NCBI GenBank assembly: GCA_002633005.1
Contig: NMRA01000763.1
Location: 1 to 63,837 of the forward strand
Reading direction: 5' to 3'
DNA length: 63,837 nt
Source of the DNA: Phoronis australis
Taxonomy: Eukaryota; Animalia; Phoronida
Under the pieces are notes generated by a model. It saw only the letters and a program-made list of their open reading frames with translations. It made no database searches and was not told the origin of the DNA. The translations under genes were made by a program, and so were the position numbers. This document shows, one piece after another, positions 13,556 through 26,447 of this stretch (within the stretch, counting starts at the first letter, position 1; every line of letters begins with the position of its first letter).

Positions 13556-14291
13556 AATATCCCACGAGACAATAACCCGCGTATCGACCTCGACCTTTGG
13601 TCTCGGTCGACACGCGGAATAATGTCGAGTGGGATATTACTTTGTCTAGGCCAATCGAGGTACGTTTTGTATTTATCCCATATGCAACAAAATCCTAATT
13701 TTCTTTCATTTTTTTCGCCAGATTTTTCGAATACTCCAGTCGAGATTGTCCACGTGGCGGATCACATCCTATGTTTATGTACTTCCTGCGTTAGGTTGCA
13801 AGTTTTCTCTAGTAAAAGAAACAGTTTTAAATGTACCGATTTATTACTTGAAAACAGATAACCAAGATGAAAGCAACGGTAACCGTGCACTGAATTGGTA
13901 ACATCTCCTGAAAATAGTTTAATAACAACAGTATTTTATATTGTAGTTACCGCCGGAGGAATCGGCGCCTGAGTTGTAGACGACATATTATTTAGCAATT
14001 CAAAACTGAGACAGAACTGTCATATAATTAACAGTCCTGTCCCGGATGTTACGATTGAGACGTGATTGCGAGTTGAGTGTTTTACTCACACTGTTGCAGT
14101 TGCATTACTTTTACATTATTTTCCGAAAGTTTGATGATCGAACCGACTATCCACGTCAAGTCGACATCAACCTATCTTTTGAACTTTCCATGTCCGAGGT
14201 CGCTATTGAAGTAGTGCGGGAGGAGTATACGGAAAAATATTATTACATGGCCGTATTTCCCTCTACTTATTCAACGCGTATGAGATGAAAT
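13556..14291. mobile_element. Putative non-autonomous element with an 83-bp hairpin and short inverted ends
   Basis: Imperfect palindrome AATATCCCAC...GTGGGATATT (13556-13638). TTTATCCCATATGC (about 13672) is partly complementary to GCGTATGAGATGAAA (about 14277-14291). Confidence 0.45.
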
Positions 14292-15720
14292 ATCATAAGG
14301 GGCTCATTCACACTGTCATTCATTCTTCAGGCACATCAAATTTAATGTAAACATGACAAGAAAAGCTCACCTTGAATACATTATGGGTGAAGAAACTCTG
14401 CGATAGGATTCCATTTTGCTAAAAAAATATCCATTTTTGTTTTTGAAAGTGATGTCTCGCTCAACAAGGTTCATAACATGAAATAAGTTGGTTTTCACAC
14501 ATAGAAAATTTGTAGAGAACTTAGTCCTATCAATCTATTGTTTAGCTAAGAGCACTACATGCTCAGAAAATCATCTTTCCAGACTCGAAAAAAACAAAAA
14601 CTATTACTTTGTAACATATACCCGCTCATATGACAGCTGCAATTCTTAAAAAAAAATTGGAAAAGCGTGTTCCAAAAATCTTTCACAATGGTTCATCCTG
14701 AATAATATGTTGTAAAAACTCTGATGATTTTTTGCAAAAAGAACATATATCATCTCGTCAAAATTCTATGTATTACCTAGTAGTCTAAGTTGCAACTACA
14801 TGTGCCTTAAATTTGGGTCATTTGTCACATTATAAGCCATTACAGATGCTTTGTCCCAAGAAATGAATTGTCTACGGGCAATTCCTCCACCACTGGCCTT
14901 TAGGAGCTATTTCTAAAGGCCAGTGTTCTCCACAACAGCTTTTAAGGTGTTGCAGCGTCCAGTTTGGCCGAACACGCGTCCTGTTTAAATGTCTCGCATC
15001 CTGTTTAAAAATCCCGCGACAGGTTTAAAAAATAAAGACCATTGTTAATCTGGCTCAAATTACGCTTGACAGCAACTGGTCACAGCCCATTGAAACTGAA
15101 TAAAGGCTCAGTGGCCAGTTGTCGAAAGCGTAATCACGGATCTTACTCAAGCGGCAGACGGGGCCGCCAAACGATCTACGCTGTAGGCCTAACGCGGCTT
15201 GTAAATAATCGCTCGCTCACCTTTTCAATGGAGCTTGAATAACTTGTCACATTCAACTGAATTTAAACAAAAGCCCAGTGCCACCTACATGTATAAGGTT
15301 ACATGCAATCCACTACCTCGCTGGAGTCCGGGGGAACGTCGCCGATCATTAGGCCTAATCACTTGTAGTCACCTTTTGGGTTCGGCGGAGAGCTGATCTG
15401 AACCACTAGAAACAAATAAGACTCGGTGGTTAGTTCTGCGAAGTCTAACTACATGTAGACTTGTGCATGTACGTGTGAAGTGGAAGCCTTCTTGCGTAAA
15501 AAAATAAAGTGTGCGTTTTCAAAAGTTTTCGGAGTCGAGTGGCCAGGACCCTACAATAAAGCAAACGCGACGAACTCCTACAACCTATATCTTTAAATTT
15601 AGATTAATAAAGTTTATGCCACGTACAGTGTAGGTTGTTAATACACATGCCTATTGTAATATCGGTTGAATTCAATGGAACCATCAGTGCATAGTACAAG
15701 AGAGGGTTTGTGTACAACAG

Positions 15721-15978
15721 CATGCGCGCACCCAGCCTTTAATTTGGGGGGCTCGAATTCCCGGCGTTGTGGACATTTTGCTAACAAAAGATCGGGCGGA
15801 CTAAAAAAATAATAAACGGGAACACCACTGTGAATTGCGGGCGCGTTTGGCTTATTTAGTGAACTTGTGTCCTATTTTCTCGGACTTTCTGTCTCTCATC
15901 TAGGCGGACCTTTTTGCCCACTTCGCCAAATGGGGGGCTCGTTCGAGCTTCCCTCCCCCCCCCCCCCNTGCGCGCATG
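15721..15978 (+). mobile_element. ~255-bp MITE with CATGCGCGCA TIRs and a 5-bp TSD (AACAG)
   Basis: TIR CATGCGCGCA...TGCGCGCATG; AACAG at 15716-15720 and 15979-15983. Related copies at about 22628, 30456, 46560 and 62596. Confidence 0.85.
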
Positions 15979-17814
15979 AACAGTCATACACTTGTACACG
16001 CATCTGATAATTCTTTACCCTGCACTTAGAACAACACTTTGGAGGCGTAATATTCCAAGCATTCATTTTCATGTGGATGCTTAGAAAGAATGGAAACCAC
16101 TGAGGCCATTGTTACTGAGTGCTACGGCACTCAGTAACAATAGTCGAAATTCTACATTTGAAATAGTCTCGTAAGAAACAATCACTCAACATATGTTTAG
16201 AATGACATTCAATTATATAGTACTTTTATTGACCCTGACTGTGTTCATCAATCTACATGTACATCAAATTTCCAATACACCGACGCTTCATAGGCTACCA
16301 GTTTGCCGACCCAACTGCTGACCGCAAAGGCGACTCCGCTGCCGACTACTAGCACGTCATTACTGGTTGGCTGCTGGTCAGCTAGACGACCTGCCGTCTA
16401 CCAATTTCCGAGCGGTCGGACAAAACATCTTGATTTGTGCTGTATACGTACATGTATGCTACGTACCAAACAAATAACACTAAAACAAGTCCCACTAAAC
16501 TTATCCTGTTGTCTCCCCATTACTGCTGTAAGCCAAGTAACCTATTGCGAGATGCTGTCGATGGTTTATTATGTCATGACCTTTCACGTGACGTCCAACT
16601 TCTCACTGAGGTCACATTTTATTTCTTACCTTAGATGACTCTTGTGTACATTGGAAGCACTGCAGTCTAATATAATTTTTAAAATAATCTCTCCATCGTT
16701 TGTTTTTTAACGATGTCGCTCGGGAGCTACTGCACAGATGCGATACGCAAAGCAAGGAGTATTTTTGGACAATGCGACAAACGCAGAAAAAAGTTGTCTA
16801 ACAAACAATTTCGTGTCGTTTTTAACGTGCTCTTCACCAGAATAATGTAGAATAGAAGACAAGACCAATACAAATCAAGCTGGTGAGAGTCTAAGGTTTA
16901 CGTTTGTCAAATGTTTGTGTTCAGTGGACGTCTCACAGTGACCCACTGACTAGTGCAATAAAACCAGTACTTTCTGTCAAATATAGGTTTTGAATTGCAC
17001 CATTTGTTGCAAATTTCCTCTGATAAAATACGTGAATAGAAACAGCACCAGCTTAGTCTGAAGAAACAATGAGTTCTCAGTTCTTATCGAGCCAGCGAAT
17101 CACTTCTAACTCAAGTAATCCACAATAGGGCCCTACATCAAAACGTGTTATGTGACACAATACATGGATTTAGTGCCGCTCAAGATCTGCTCTCTACAGC
17201 AGTGCTATCTGCATACAAAGTTGGGTATGTTGTGGCGAATTTCAAACGACAAAATTGGTCCAAAATGCATGTAAGGCGTTTTGTTTTGCTCTGTAATTAT
17301 ATTGAACCTGTCTTCACCGCAACAATTAAAACAGAAGTTGAGCTTTGCTTCTCGGATAGTTTTTATTAAATTTTGGACCATTAATAACTCCAACCATAGT
17401 TTTATCAACGCCCATATTTGTCCCTTCGAAGGCTTTATAAGAAATCGTTTACTTTTCAAGGTAACTTCTACCAAATTAAATTATCTTGTGCACAGCTTAT
17501 TGGGTGAAACAGAAATCGTAACCAATTGAATCCACTTGACCTACCTGTATGCTCACAGCATGCAATAACTAAAATATGACTTGTTACAGTAAAGGATGGA
17601 GCTGACTTAACGTGTACATTTACATGTATACAGACGGTCAAATATTTTTGAATTCGGAACATCATGCATCACCTCTGAGAAGCAGCTGGCCGATTTCGTA
17701 TGAAACTTATGCATGTATTCAGTGAGGGGTGGGATATGTTGCAAGCAGTGTATCCCGTTCAATCCGCCATCTTTTTGGTCACATAACGTGAATATAAGTA
17801 CGAAAAGATTTTTT

Positions 17815-17880
17815 TCCCCGACAGGGACTCGAACCCAGGACCTTCTGCTCACCGTGCAGGCACTCTAGCCACCGAGCTTC
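17815..17880 (-). repeat. tRNA-derived (SINE-head-like) sequence, not a functional tRNA
   Basis: Minus strand reads AGCTCGGTGGCTAGAGTGCCTGCACGGTGAGCAGAAGGTCCTGGGTTCGAGTCCCTGTCGGGGA, with A-box and B-box (GGTTCGAGTCC). The anticodon loop is non-canonical and there is no clear acceptor stem. It is flanked by ~48-bp direct repeats (17716-17763 and 17958-18005). Confidence 0.65.
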
Positions 17881-18445
17881 AACTAAAAGCCAATCACTTA
17901 GTAGGGGGCATCTTACTACCCATGTACATGTACTCTTCTGTGTTCATAAATATATTTTATTCAGTGAGGCGTGGACTATGTTGCAAGCAGTTTATCCTGT
18001 TCAATTGTTTTAAAAATTTAAACTTAGGACTTTTGTGATTTCCATAAACAATTTTCACTGTTGCAAAATACGAAAAAGAATTTATAATTTTGATAACTGT
18101 AACAGACGTTTGATATCTCACCTTGAACATTTATATCAAATAAACTTTGATCCTAATATCAAATACTTTGTTTTGATACAAATTTATCTCTTTTTTCGGC
18201 TAAATGTCACTAAAAAGGCATGGTCATTGGACCTAATTCATAACAAATTGGTAGAGTACAAATTCAGGTTTTTCATTCAAAAAATGTGTGTTTTAACTGA
18301 GTTAAAATATATGGTTTACCAACTATTTTGCTCCAACCACACCCGAATTAATTCAAATCAATACCATAGTTTGAAAGTTACGAGGTGTCAATAAAACGTT
18401 AAGGAGCATTTTTTTTATTTTCAGAGTACGTCTTTAATCGACAAT

Positions 18446-21400
18446 ATGGCTGCATCGTTGGAAGTACATGTATCGCTGTTTCTCTTGATTTGTTTCGTCA
18501 CAGTTGCATGCTGTAAGTTGTACGTTGTCGCTGAATATTGTGTGGTGTGGCATCGCACTGTGCTGCGAAATAGCTGCTGTATAGCTTTGTATGCTCATAT
18601 CTTGACTGAAATGCTTTGGGATTTAAAAATATTAGCAAGCTCTTAGATAGGATTGTCACCAGGCAGTTGTCCAGGTTATTACTGGATACTGCAACCTACA
18701 TACACTGTAGCTCGGAACCGTAACATCACAGACTAGATGGCATGTTCGTTTTATCCCAAATTTGGCACAAAAATATACCTAATTTTCCCAAGTTTGTTAC
18801 ATATACTTATCAGTACTATAATGCTGAACAATTAAGTGCATAAAATTTTTTGTATACATCTATGACAGCTTCTCTGCGCAATGGGGAAATTTTGTTTTTT
18901 ACCTTAATACCACGTACATGTAGCAGTACTTAACTTTTTACGAGACACGTCAATGGTCTATCCTGAGATGTGCATGCGTGAATGAATGGTTGAACTGTTT
19001 TGTTTGTTTTTATTGTACTTGTTTATCATTGATAATAGATACCTGAAAAACTGTGGCCTGAAGGCCGAGACTACTCAACATCTGGTCGAGATTTTCCCTA
19101 CCTACAATAGACACCGTAATCTATAACTTGATAGACACATAACCCGGCTGGTTAACGTTGTTAGCTTATACAGGTTTAAGGCAGATTAGAAGATTTTACC
19201 CATGAGGAAACCGCTGATGTCGGGTCCCCATGGGTCAGAATCAGGTGTAATGGGCATCGCCTTGCAGCCTAAACATGCCTGATATACCGCAAATGGCATC
19301 ACGCCACCTGCACTTTTTTTTAAGTTCGTTAGATAATGCATTTTTGCCGAAAGGGCCATACCGATAAAACCTGAAGCGTTTGCTTGACTAGCAGAAGGCT
19401 TTGATTTCCAGGTTGTGAATATGAAAGCGATTTCATGAGCTTGAATAGCTAAATTCCTTTCTTTTTGGGTAGCTAAACGCATAGCGAACGATATTGGAAA
19501 CAATTAAACAATTTCGACATTGTCGCATTACAAAATCTTGCTTCGTTTTAGAATTAATTGAACTTCCTTTGCCCATGTATAATATGTAGGTATCTCGTTT
19601 GCACTAACTTCTTCTCTTGCTACTGCACAGGCAAAGACCATGTGCTCCGGTGGCTACTACATGTATGTCAACGTTAAGCGAATTTCAAAATGACGCTGCG
19701 CTAAACGGTTCAGAATTGCAAGCAATATATGATTCAAATCAATCTATTTGAATTCACAATCAAAATATCATAGCACAATCATGATCAAGAGAAATGCAGA
19801 GCTTAAGGGGAAATTTGAATTTGCCACAGATGTCATCAGCTCAAAATGCATCCTTATACGAAGCTCTTTAACCTAAAGTACTGAAAAAATAAAGTTGATG
19901 ACCCCATTGTTAAAACAAGATGGACACCAAACTAATTCACAAAAGCAAAAAATCAACAATGTAGCCTTAGGTGTAGGAGTCATAACTTTATTTCTTTAAA
20001 ATTGAGTTTCCGGTACTCAAAATCGCAGGAAATATTTAGGCCGGTGTACATGTATAATGAACAGTAAACCGTCAAATTTATTTAAAACCGTTAAATCATA
20101 ATAGCTGACATCGTAATTTGAATTTGAAATGCGTTTGTGAAAAGAATTTACATCTTAAATTTAAGTGGATGTCATTTTTCAGTAACATGTGTCAATTTTA
20201 CAGTTTTGGCAGATATCCTTTGCAACGGAAAGCATAATTCAATGTATGACTCAGAAATTAAACCTTTCAATCTACAGAACCAGTTCCTTGCACTCAATTA
20301 CGCCGCACATTGTCTATACATGTACTTCCAGGCCAATCAGCTTTGAGAGTTAAAACAACATCCGGGACTTACATTGGTCAATACGAAGACATCACCACGT
20401 ACCCCTTGCCAGGAACAAGGAGAACAACGTCCTTTTACGGAATCCGCTACGGCTCCGCTGAAAGATTTGAAGCTTCCAACTTAGCTGACAAGGAAGCCAC
20501 ACCTCAATATGCCAGTCATCACTCCAAAGCATGCTACCAAATAGACCTGACCGGTGTATACCCTGATCTTGTTTACAGCAATATGACAGAAGATTGTCTT
20601 ACACTTAACGTGTACGTACCTGGGGACATGACTTGCCTGAAGAAAAAGAAACCGGTTATGATTTGGGTTCATCCTGGTGGTCTACAAAGCGAGGCAGCGT
20701 TTATGTATAACGCTTCACAACTAGCACTCAACGGCGATGTTATCGTAGTTACTATACAATACCGACTTGGCATTTTGGGTTTTTTGAATATTAAAGACTC
20801 TACCTCAGTCTCTAACAACGCCTTACGGGACATTCTTACAGCGTGTAAATGGGTTCAAAACAATATATACAAATTTGGCGGAAACAAGCGCAAAGTAACA
20901 ATTTTTGGTCAGTCGGGTGGTTCAATTGCAGTGACGTTGTTGGTTGCTAGTCCTTTGTCTAACGGTTTGTTTCGTAGAGCAATGGCAATGAGCGGAGGAA
21001 TAAACACTATGGGCATCCGGAAATGTTCCTCGGTAGAACACAATTCCCTTCTGGCAGCTATAAAACTGAACTGTAATCACACTAATCCTAACGACACTCT
21101 TCATTGCATGCAATCGTTGATGACTCCGGAAGAGGTTATTGAGAGCCAGCCTCATAACCTGTTCGAACTCTGGGAAAATAGATTTGACCTTTCTTTCATA
21201 CCATGTTACGGTGACGACGTTCTCCCTGAACATCCCAAAAAGATTTACAAAGACGGTTCTCAAAATTTGGTAGACTTCGTGATGGGGGCGACTTATCATG
21301 ACGGTTTGTTTTCTATGCCGTTTACATATTACCATTTACCAGTGACAGATGCACTGATGCTGACTGAGGTTACTAAAGTTACCAATGCCTTCTATCCAGA

Positions 21401-24400
21401 TGATCCCTCAGCAGCGGCTACCGCCATTCTGAATTTCTATAACAACTCAGATATTTATCTGGACTCGGACCCTCAACGACTTGAAAAGATGCTTCTGGAC
21501 ATTCAAACCGACAGGATGATCATTGATATTTACGACACACTTTCCCTTCACAGTGAGAGAAAACCGCAATCTTATTTCTATGTCGCGAAATACCATTGGA
21601 CTCCAAGGATCAAAGATTTCATTACTGGAGAACACGGAAACGATTTGAGCATCGTGTTTGGTCGGTTTGTCAAGCCTGGAACTGTCGAGTTCCAGATAAA
21701 GAACGACGCTTTAGTCGATATCACTTACCTCGTGCAGAAAGCCTGGACCAATTTTGGCAAGACAGGGTAAGGCTCTTTCAATAAAAACTACATAATCACA
21801 CTTATTATTAAATAGATTTGAGTTACACTCTAGTTTCATTTCATAATAAACTAGATTTAAAGTCCAAGAAGCACCCGTTGTTAACCCTTATTACATGGTT
21901 AGAGGATGTTATAAGGATCCAAGAAGTACCTACCCCCAACTAATACACAATCCGTAATAAATAAGGCTTAAATAAACGCGCCACTCACGATTCGCACCGG
22001 AAGAACACACCGCCATCTTGAACTTAACGCGAACCCGGAAGTACAATTCATTCAGGAACCCAGGCTAAGAAAACGCCCTCAGTGCGACTGGAGCGGAGCC
22101 TGTTAGCAGCCTGCAAACGGGGATTAAATAATCGACAGCGCGCCTTAATGTTGATAAAATCAAAATACGGATAATTTTATCGAATTTGCTGAAGAAATGT
22201 GACAAATAAATTTTGACAGAAATTGTGTTGCCGGACTCGGGACCACAGCTTATCGGACCTGGTGCGGATCGAGACCAGACACTGGCGAACGCTAAAGGCA
22301 TGTGGTTGCGAGCTATTTTGTCGAAGTAGAATGTTCAAATCATAAATGCCGTATATATTTAAAGGTAGTTTCAGACACTTGCATAAAATTACGGCTGGTT
22401 AGTCCTGTGTCACACTGCCGCGGCAGCCCTTAGCTAGCCTCAGTATGAAGACTATCATCCAAATACAACTTGTTAGTAGGCCTATACAGCTTTGCGCCAA
22501 GGCTACCCTTAGGCCTACCAGGTCCCTGGCCACAGCGCTGGCTCAAACAAGGTTTATATAGAACTTGGGGTCTTTTGGCGAACTGTGCAAAGTTGTTGGC
22601 TATCAACAGAGATTTGCCCAGACTTTGCATGAGCGCACCAAGCCTAAAAAATGGGGGGCTAGAATTTTTGGGAATAACTACCTTTTATAATAAGATTCAC
22701 TGGGTATGTTCAGAGCTATGAATTGCAGACGCAAAATTTTGGTACTTCCTGTCTTCTAGTGAACTTTTGTCTCGTTTTCTACGTTTTTTCGGGCGAGTTC
22801 GTGCTTCTCTGACTGAGGCAGACCTTTTTCCATTTCTCCAAATTGGGGGTTTGTTGGAGCACATAAGTATGACATGTCCAATACAAAATGTTATCATTTT
22901 TTATTCATTAAACAAAAAAAATATTCAACCACTTACCATAATAAGTAACTTAAAATGCACAATACTTTACAACATTTAGGCATTAGAAACACCGTCCAAC
23001 AGAACAAGTTTCCATGATATGAAAGTGGACAAACATGTAACTATTACCATGGTGACCGAATAGTGCTTCCTTACACCAGAATTTAACAAGCACGATTTAA
23101 AAAATATGAAGTTGCAAGGAACAAGAATTGGAGACTTGAAGCTTCACAATCCAACATAGCTTATTTCTGTAATTAAGATTCTTCATATTGTTGACTTGAT
23201 AACCTGAATTAAGAAAGCAATAAGTTATAAAACATGACCTGAAAGCAATTTAGATTTGAAATTTAGACTAATATGAATCATTTTATGACACCCAATCAAG
23301 CTTTGAACAGCATTTGACAGTCAAACAAAAAACCATTTCAAAATTAGTTCAACTATTTTTTAGCTTAGTGTAAGATCACCTGAGTGGGAAAATTAACAGT
23401 AAAATAATTCAAAAATTTATTACATTTTTGCACAAAATCACGAAAATTGAACAAAGTTCCTTTTGTAGCAACAGTTAACAAAATGTACCAATGTTAAATC
23501 TTCACAAATTACAACGTAGCAGGTTGAACATGCCTTCCAGTTCAGCAAAAGTCGCCATGTTTTCGGTGCCGCCAGAACTGGAATTGTGAGCACATATATT
23601 ACTTATGAGTAGCAACTGCGAGGCTGAAATTTGGTGAAAACTGTTGAATCGTGCATACGAGTAAGTAAAGACATGTCTCACTAAATTTCACCGTAAATTG
23701 ATAGCGGAAACCGTTTCCACAAAGTTTTAAACTCGCAACTTATCCCGCTGTCCTCCAATATGGCCGACGCGATCCAACCAAAGTGACCCAAATTTCGCCA
23801 CAAAAATTACACTGCTTGCCTCGATTTTGATATTTTTTCGATTTTCACTGAGTAGAATGCACTACCTTTCCGATGATAGCAAAGTACTTTCTCAAAACTA
23901 AAAAAATAAAAACCAAAAAAATTGGTTCGACTCATATTGGTTCAACCGCCCAACATAACAGGAACTAAACACCAATGATATTTTAACATAATAAACAAAA
24001 GTACGCGTCACATTCCAAAAAAATCAACTACCACTAACTAAAAACTATAAATACACTACACACACAAACTAATCACGAGATATTACTAATAAAACCAAAT
24101 AATGAAGACTTTTCGAGCAAGCGATAGCACATTCAGTTACAAGGAAAATGGCGGCGTTCAGGACAAGTTCCTGAACTGATGAGCCGGAAATGTGGGTACG
24201 GAAATAACCGATGACAGCCGGTAATTATACAGAGAAGGGTCAAGTACTGTTAAAAAATCGCTTTTGGCAAGAAAGGCGAAAAGAATATAACGAAAGGGTA
24301 TCAAAAATAAGATTTCATTTAGTAAGTATTTTCGGATACTGGAACCACATTGGCATTTTGAGACAAGGACTTTAAAAAACGTGTCATGCTGATTGATTAC

Positions 24401-25001
24401 ATGGGACTGGAATTAATTACAAGTGACTCCAACGTTTGGAGACGCCATTTGTCAAGCTCAGTATAAAAAATTACGTGTTTGTTCTGTTCAAGCATCACAT
24501 GCGTGAATTTTCCTTGTTTAGACTCAAAATAGTTACTGTATTTAATGGCTCCATTTTGGAAATGCATGAACCATCTACAAGACAGCGAACGCACTTTTTA
24601 CAATGTAACGGGTGTTTTTAAAATGGGCAAGAGAAATCGTATACCACGTTAGTCTTGCTCAATGTGCCAACCTTACCGTGGGGATTGGTACATATAATCT
24701 GATTGCAAGTTTTTGAATTGTTATAGAAAATAAAGAGCTCAACGAGTTCGATTGTCATAAGTCACGTTATGTTACCGATTTCAGAGACCCAAACCCCTTG
24801 GATCCCAGTAGACCTACGAGCACTACAACATGGCCAATGTTCAACGACCTGGGAAACTACACGGGTCATTACTTGGAGTGGTCCAAGGATGATGCAGCAG
24901 GCTTAGCCACGCCCACTATAAAGGATCGTCTGCGTTCGGAAAGTGTCATGAAATTCTGGTTGGCCGACATGCCAGCATACAATACAAACGGTGAAAATTA
25001 A
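18446..25001 (+). CDS. Secreted type-B carboxylesterase / cholinesterase-like alpha/beta hydrolase (about 572 aa; 581 aa with the alternative last exon)
   Basis: Exons: 18446-18512 (signal-peptide-like MAASLEVHVSLFLLICFVTVAC, donor GTAAGT), 20332-21766, and 24785-25001 (or ending at 24990 and splicing to 25265-25302). Phases are consistent. Motifs: EDCLTLNVYVP, VVTIQYRLGILGFL, FGQSGG (Ser), GATYHDG (acid), GEHGNDL (His), and WTNFGKTG|DPN across the splice. Confidence 0.92.
21861..24371. mobile_element. Possible Kolobok-like non-autonomous insertion in carboxylesterase intron 2
   Basis: Flanked by TTAA (21857-21860 and 24372-24375) with AGTCC...GGACT ends. The TIR match is only about 5 bp. 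It contains a MITE copy. Confidence 0.35.
22628..22862 (+). mobile_element. Diverged copy of the CATGCGCGCA MITE family
   Basis: CATGAGCGCACCAAGCC...GGGGGGCTAGAATT...GACCTTTTTCCATTT...AAATTGGGGG aligns with 15721-15978. Confidence 0.7.
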
Positions 25002-26216
25002 AGTGGCATCGTACCGTTAGCTGCAGTAAATTTGCACTGCCTAGAAATTAAGAAGTAGTCTGCCAGGTGCTGCAGCAGTTTTGTGGTACGCATTAAATGT
25101 AGGGCGGCGAATCTGTTTTTTTTTTGTTTGTGTGTTTTTTTGAACATGCTGGGGATGAAAATTTCACAAGTTTGGCAGGAGATAAAATGTTGTCCAAAAT
25201 TGGTGGAGGCCCCTGTATCATTTTATCATTTCTAGTTAACGGCTGAGTTCTGCTTCGATTTCAGGTGGCTGTAAAACAACTCAGAGTTGTGAAAATTTTT
25301 AGTTAGGTGGCAGTACTTTTGGGATCACCATTTTGGGAATCTGTAGGAATTGCGATTTCAGAGTCTTGTAGTAGGTTATGTCTAGCATTGCCAGGGAAGT
25401 AGTGAATATAGGCTAACAAAGATCAAGTTTGCTTTTTTGCCACTTTTTCAGAGGCGGATTTCTCTGTGGGTGGGAAAGAAAGAACCAAAAATATATCAGA
25501 AAGAGTAAGGATAATGTAGTCATGTGTAGCGGGTTTTAAGTGAAATGACGAAACTTTTCATGTTCTTGACAATTTGCGACAGCGGAGTTAAATATAGCCA
25601 ATATACCCTATGTGTGCTCTGTCAGGCAAAAATCAGAGAAAAAACTAAGCAAGGAGTGTAGAAGTATAGTAGAGTTCACTCCGCCATTTTGCCATTCGCC
25701 GCAATGGTTACCGGTCGAAACACCAACGTCACAAGCAGTGAATAAGCAACACTAACTTAACAGCGCCGTCCTAACAATGTGAACACTGATAAATTCATAC
25801 TTTAATGACGTTCGACGTGCAATAAAATTACTGAGTGATTGAAAATGGCTTTTAATTGAATGGGAATGAAAATGTTTTAATCACTACTAAAATGTATTTG
25901 TTTTTATTATCTCAACCTCCCTTAAAAAGCCGTCATGGTTTTCTTTCATGTTTGAGTTATTGATAAGGCAAATTATCGTTCCTTATAACACTTCATACCT
26001 CCATGGACTACCTACTTTTAGTGATTGCTCCTGGGGGTTCAGGGGGAGATGCCTTCAGGTGCCAGCACAGGGGTCCAAGGGAGCAGTGCAAACCAGGTAA
26101 AAACCAGGTGGGCGACAAATGGTGTTGATCCCCCAGGGGGGGGTACATGGGAGGAGTGCTAAACAGGTAAAAACCATGAAGCATGAAAAACGAGTGTTTA
26201 GTCGACCCTTATATCG

Positions 26217-26447
26217 TCACAAATTTTGGTTGCACCCGGCCCTGACCATTGACAACATGTGGTGAGGTAGTAATAAGATTTGGTCCTCGTTGCGTGCATT
26301 ACCCCCAAGGACGTTTGCATGTAATGACTGGTGGCCGTCATGGCCCAGTACCACCCTGGGTGTTTTCCAACGTTTTATTACAAAGTGCTCCGATCTGTCT
26401 TCTCCTTTCATGTCTATGACGACTAAACTTAAGAATTTTTCTTTCAT
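26217..26447 (-). pseudogene. Possible pogo/Tigger-type DDE_1 transposase fragment
   Basis: PRVVLGHDGHQSLH...ARNEDQILLLPHH resembles the DDE_1 pattern LLxDGHxSH...AxxxxIxLxxLPPH. Short and degenerate. Confidence 0.4.

Noticed and set aside
17815-17880. Functional tRNA gene
   Set aside because: The anticodon loop is non-canonical and no proper acceptor stem is visible; treated as a tRNA-derived repeat.
20310-21770. 486-aa ORF as an intronless, possibly horizontally acquired bacterial esterase
   Set aside because: It is an internal exon with in-phase splice sites to a signal-peptide exon and to the conserved GDPN exon.
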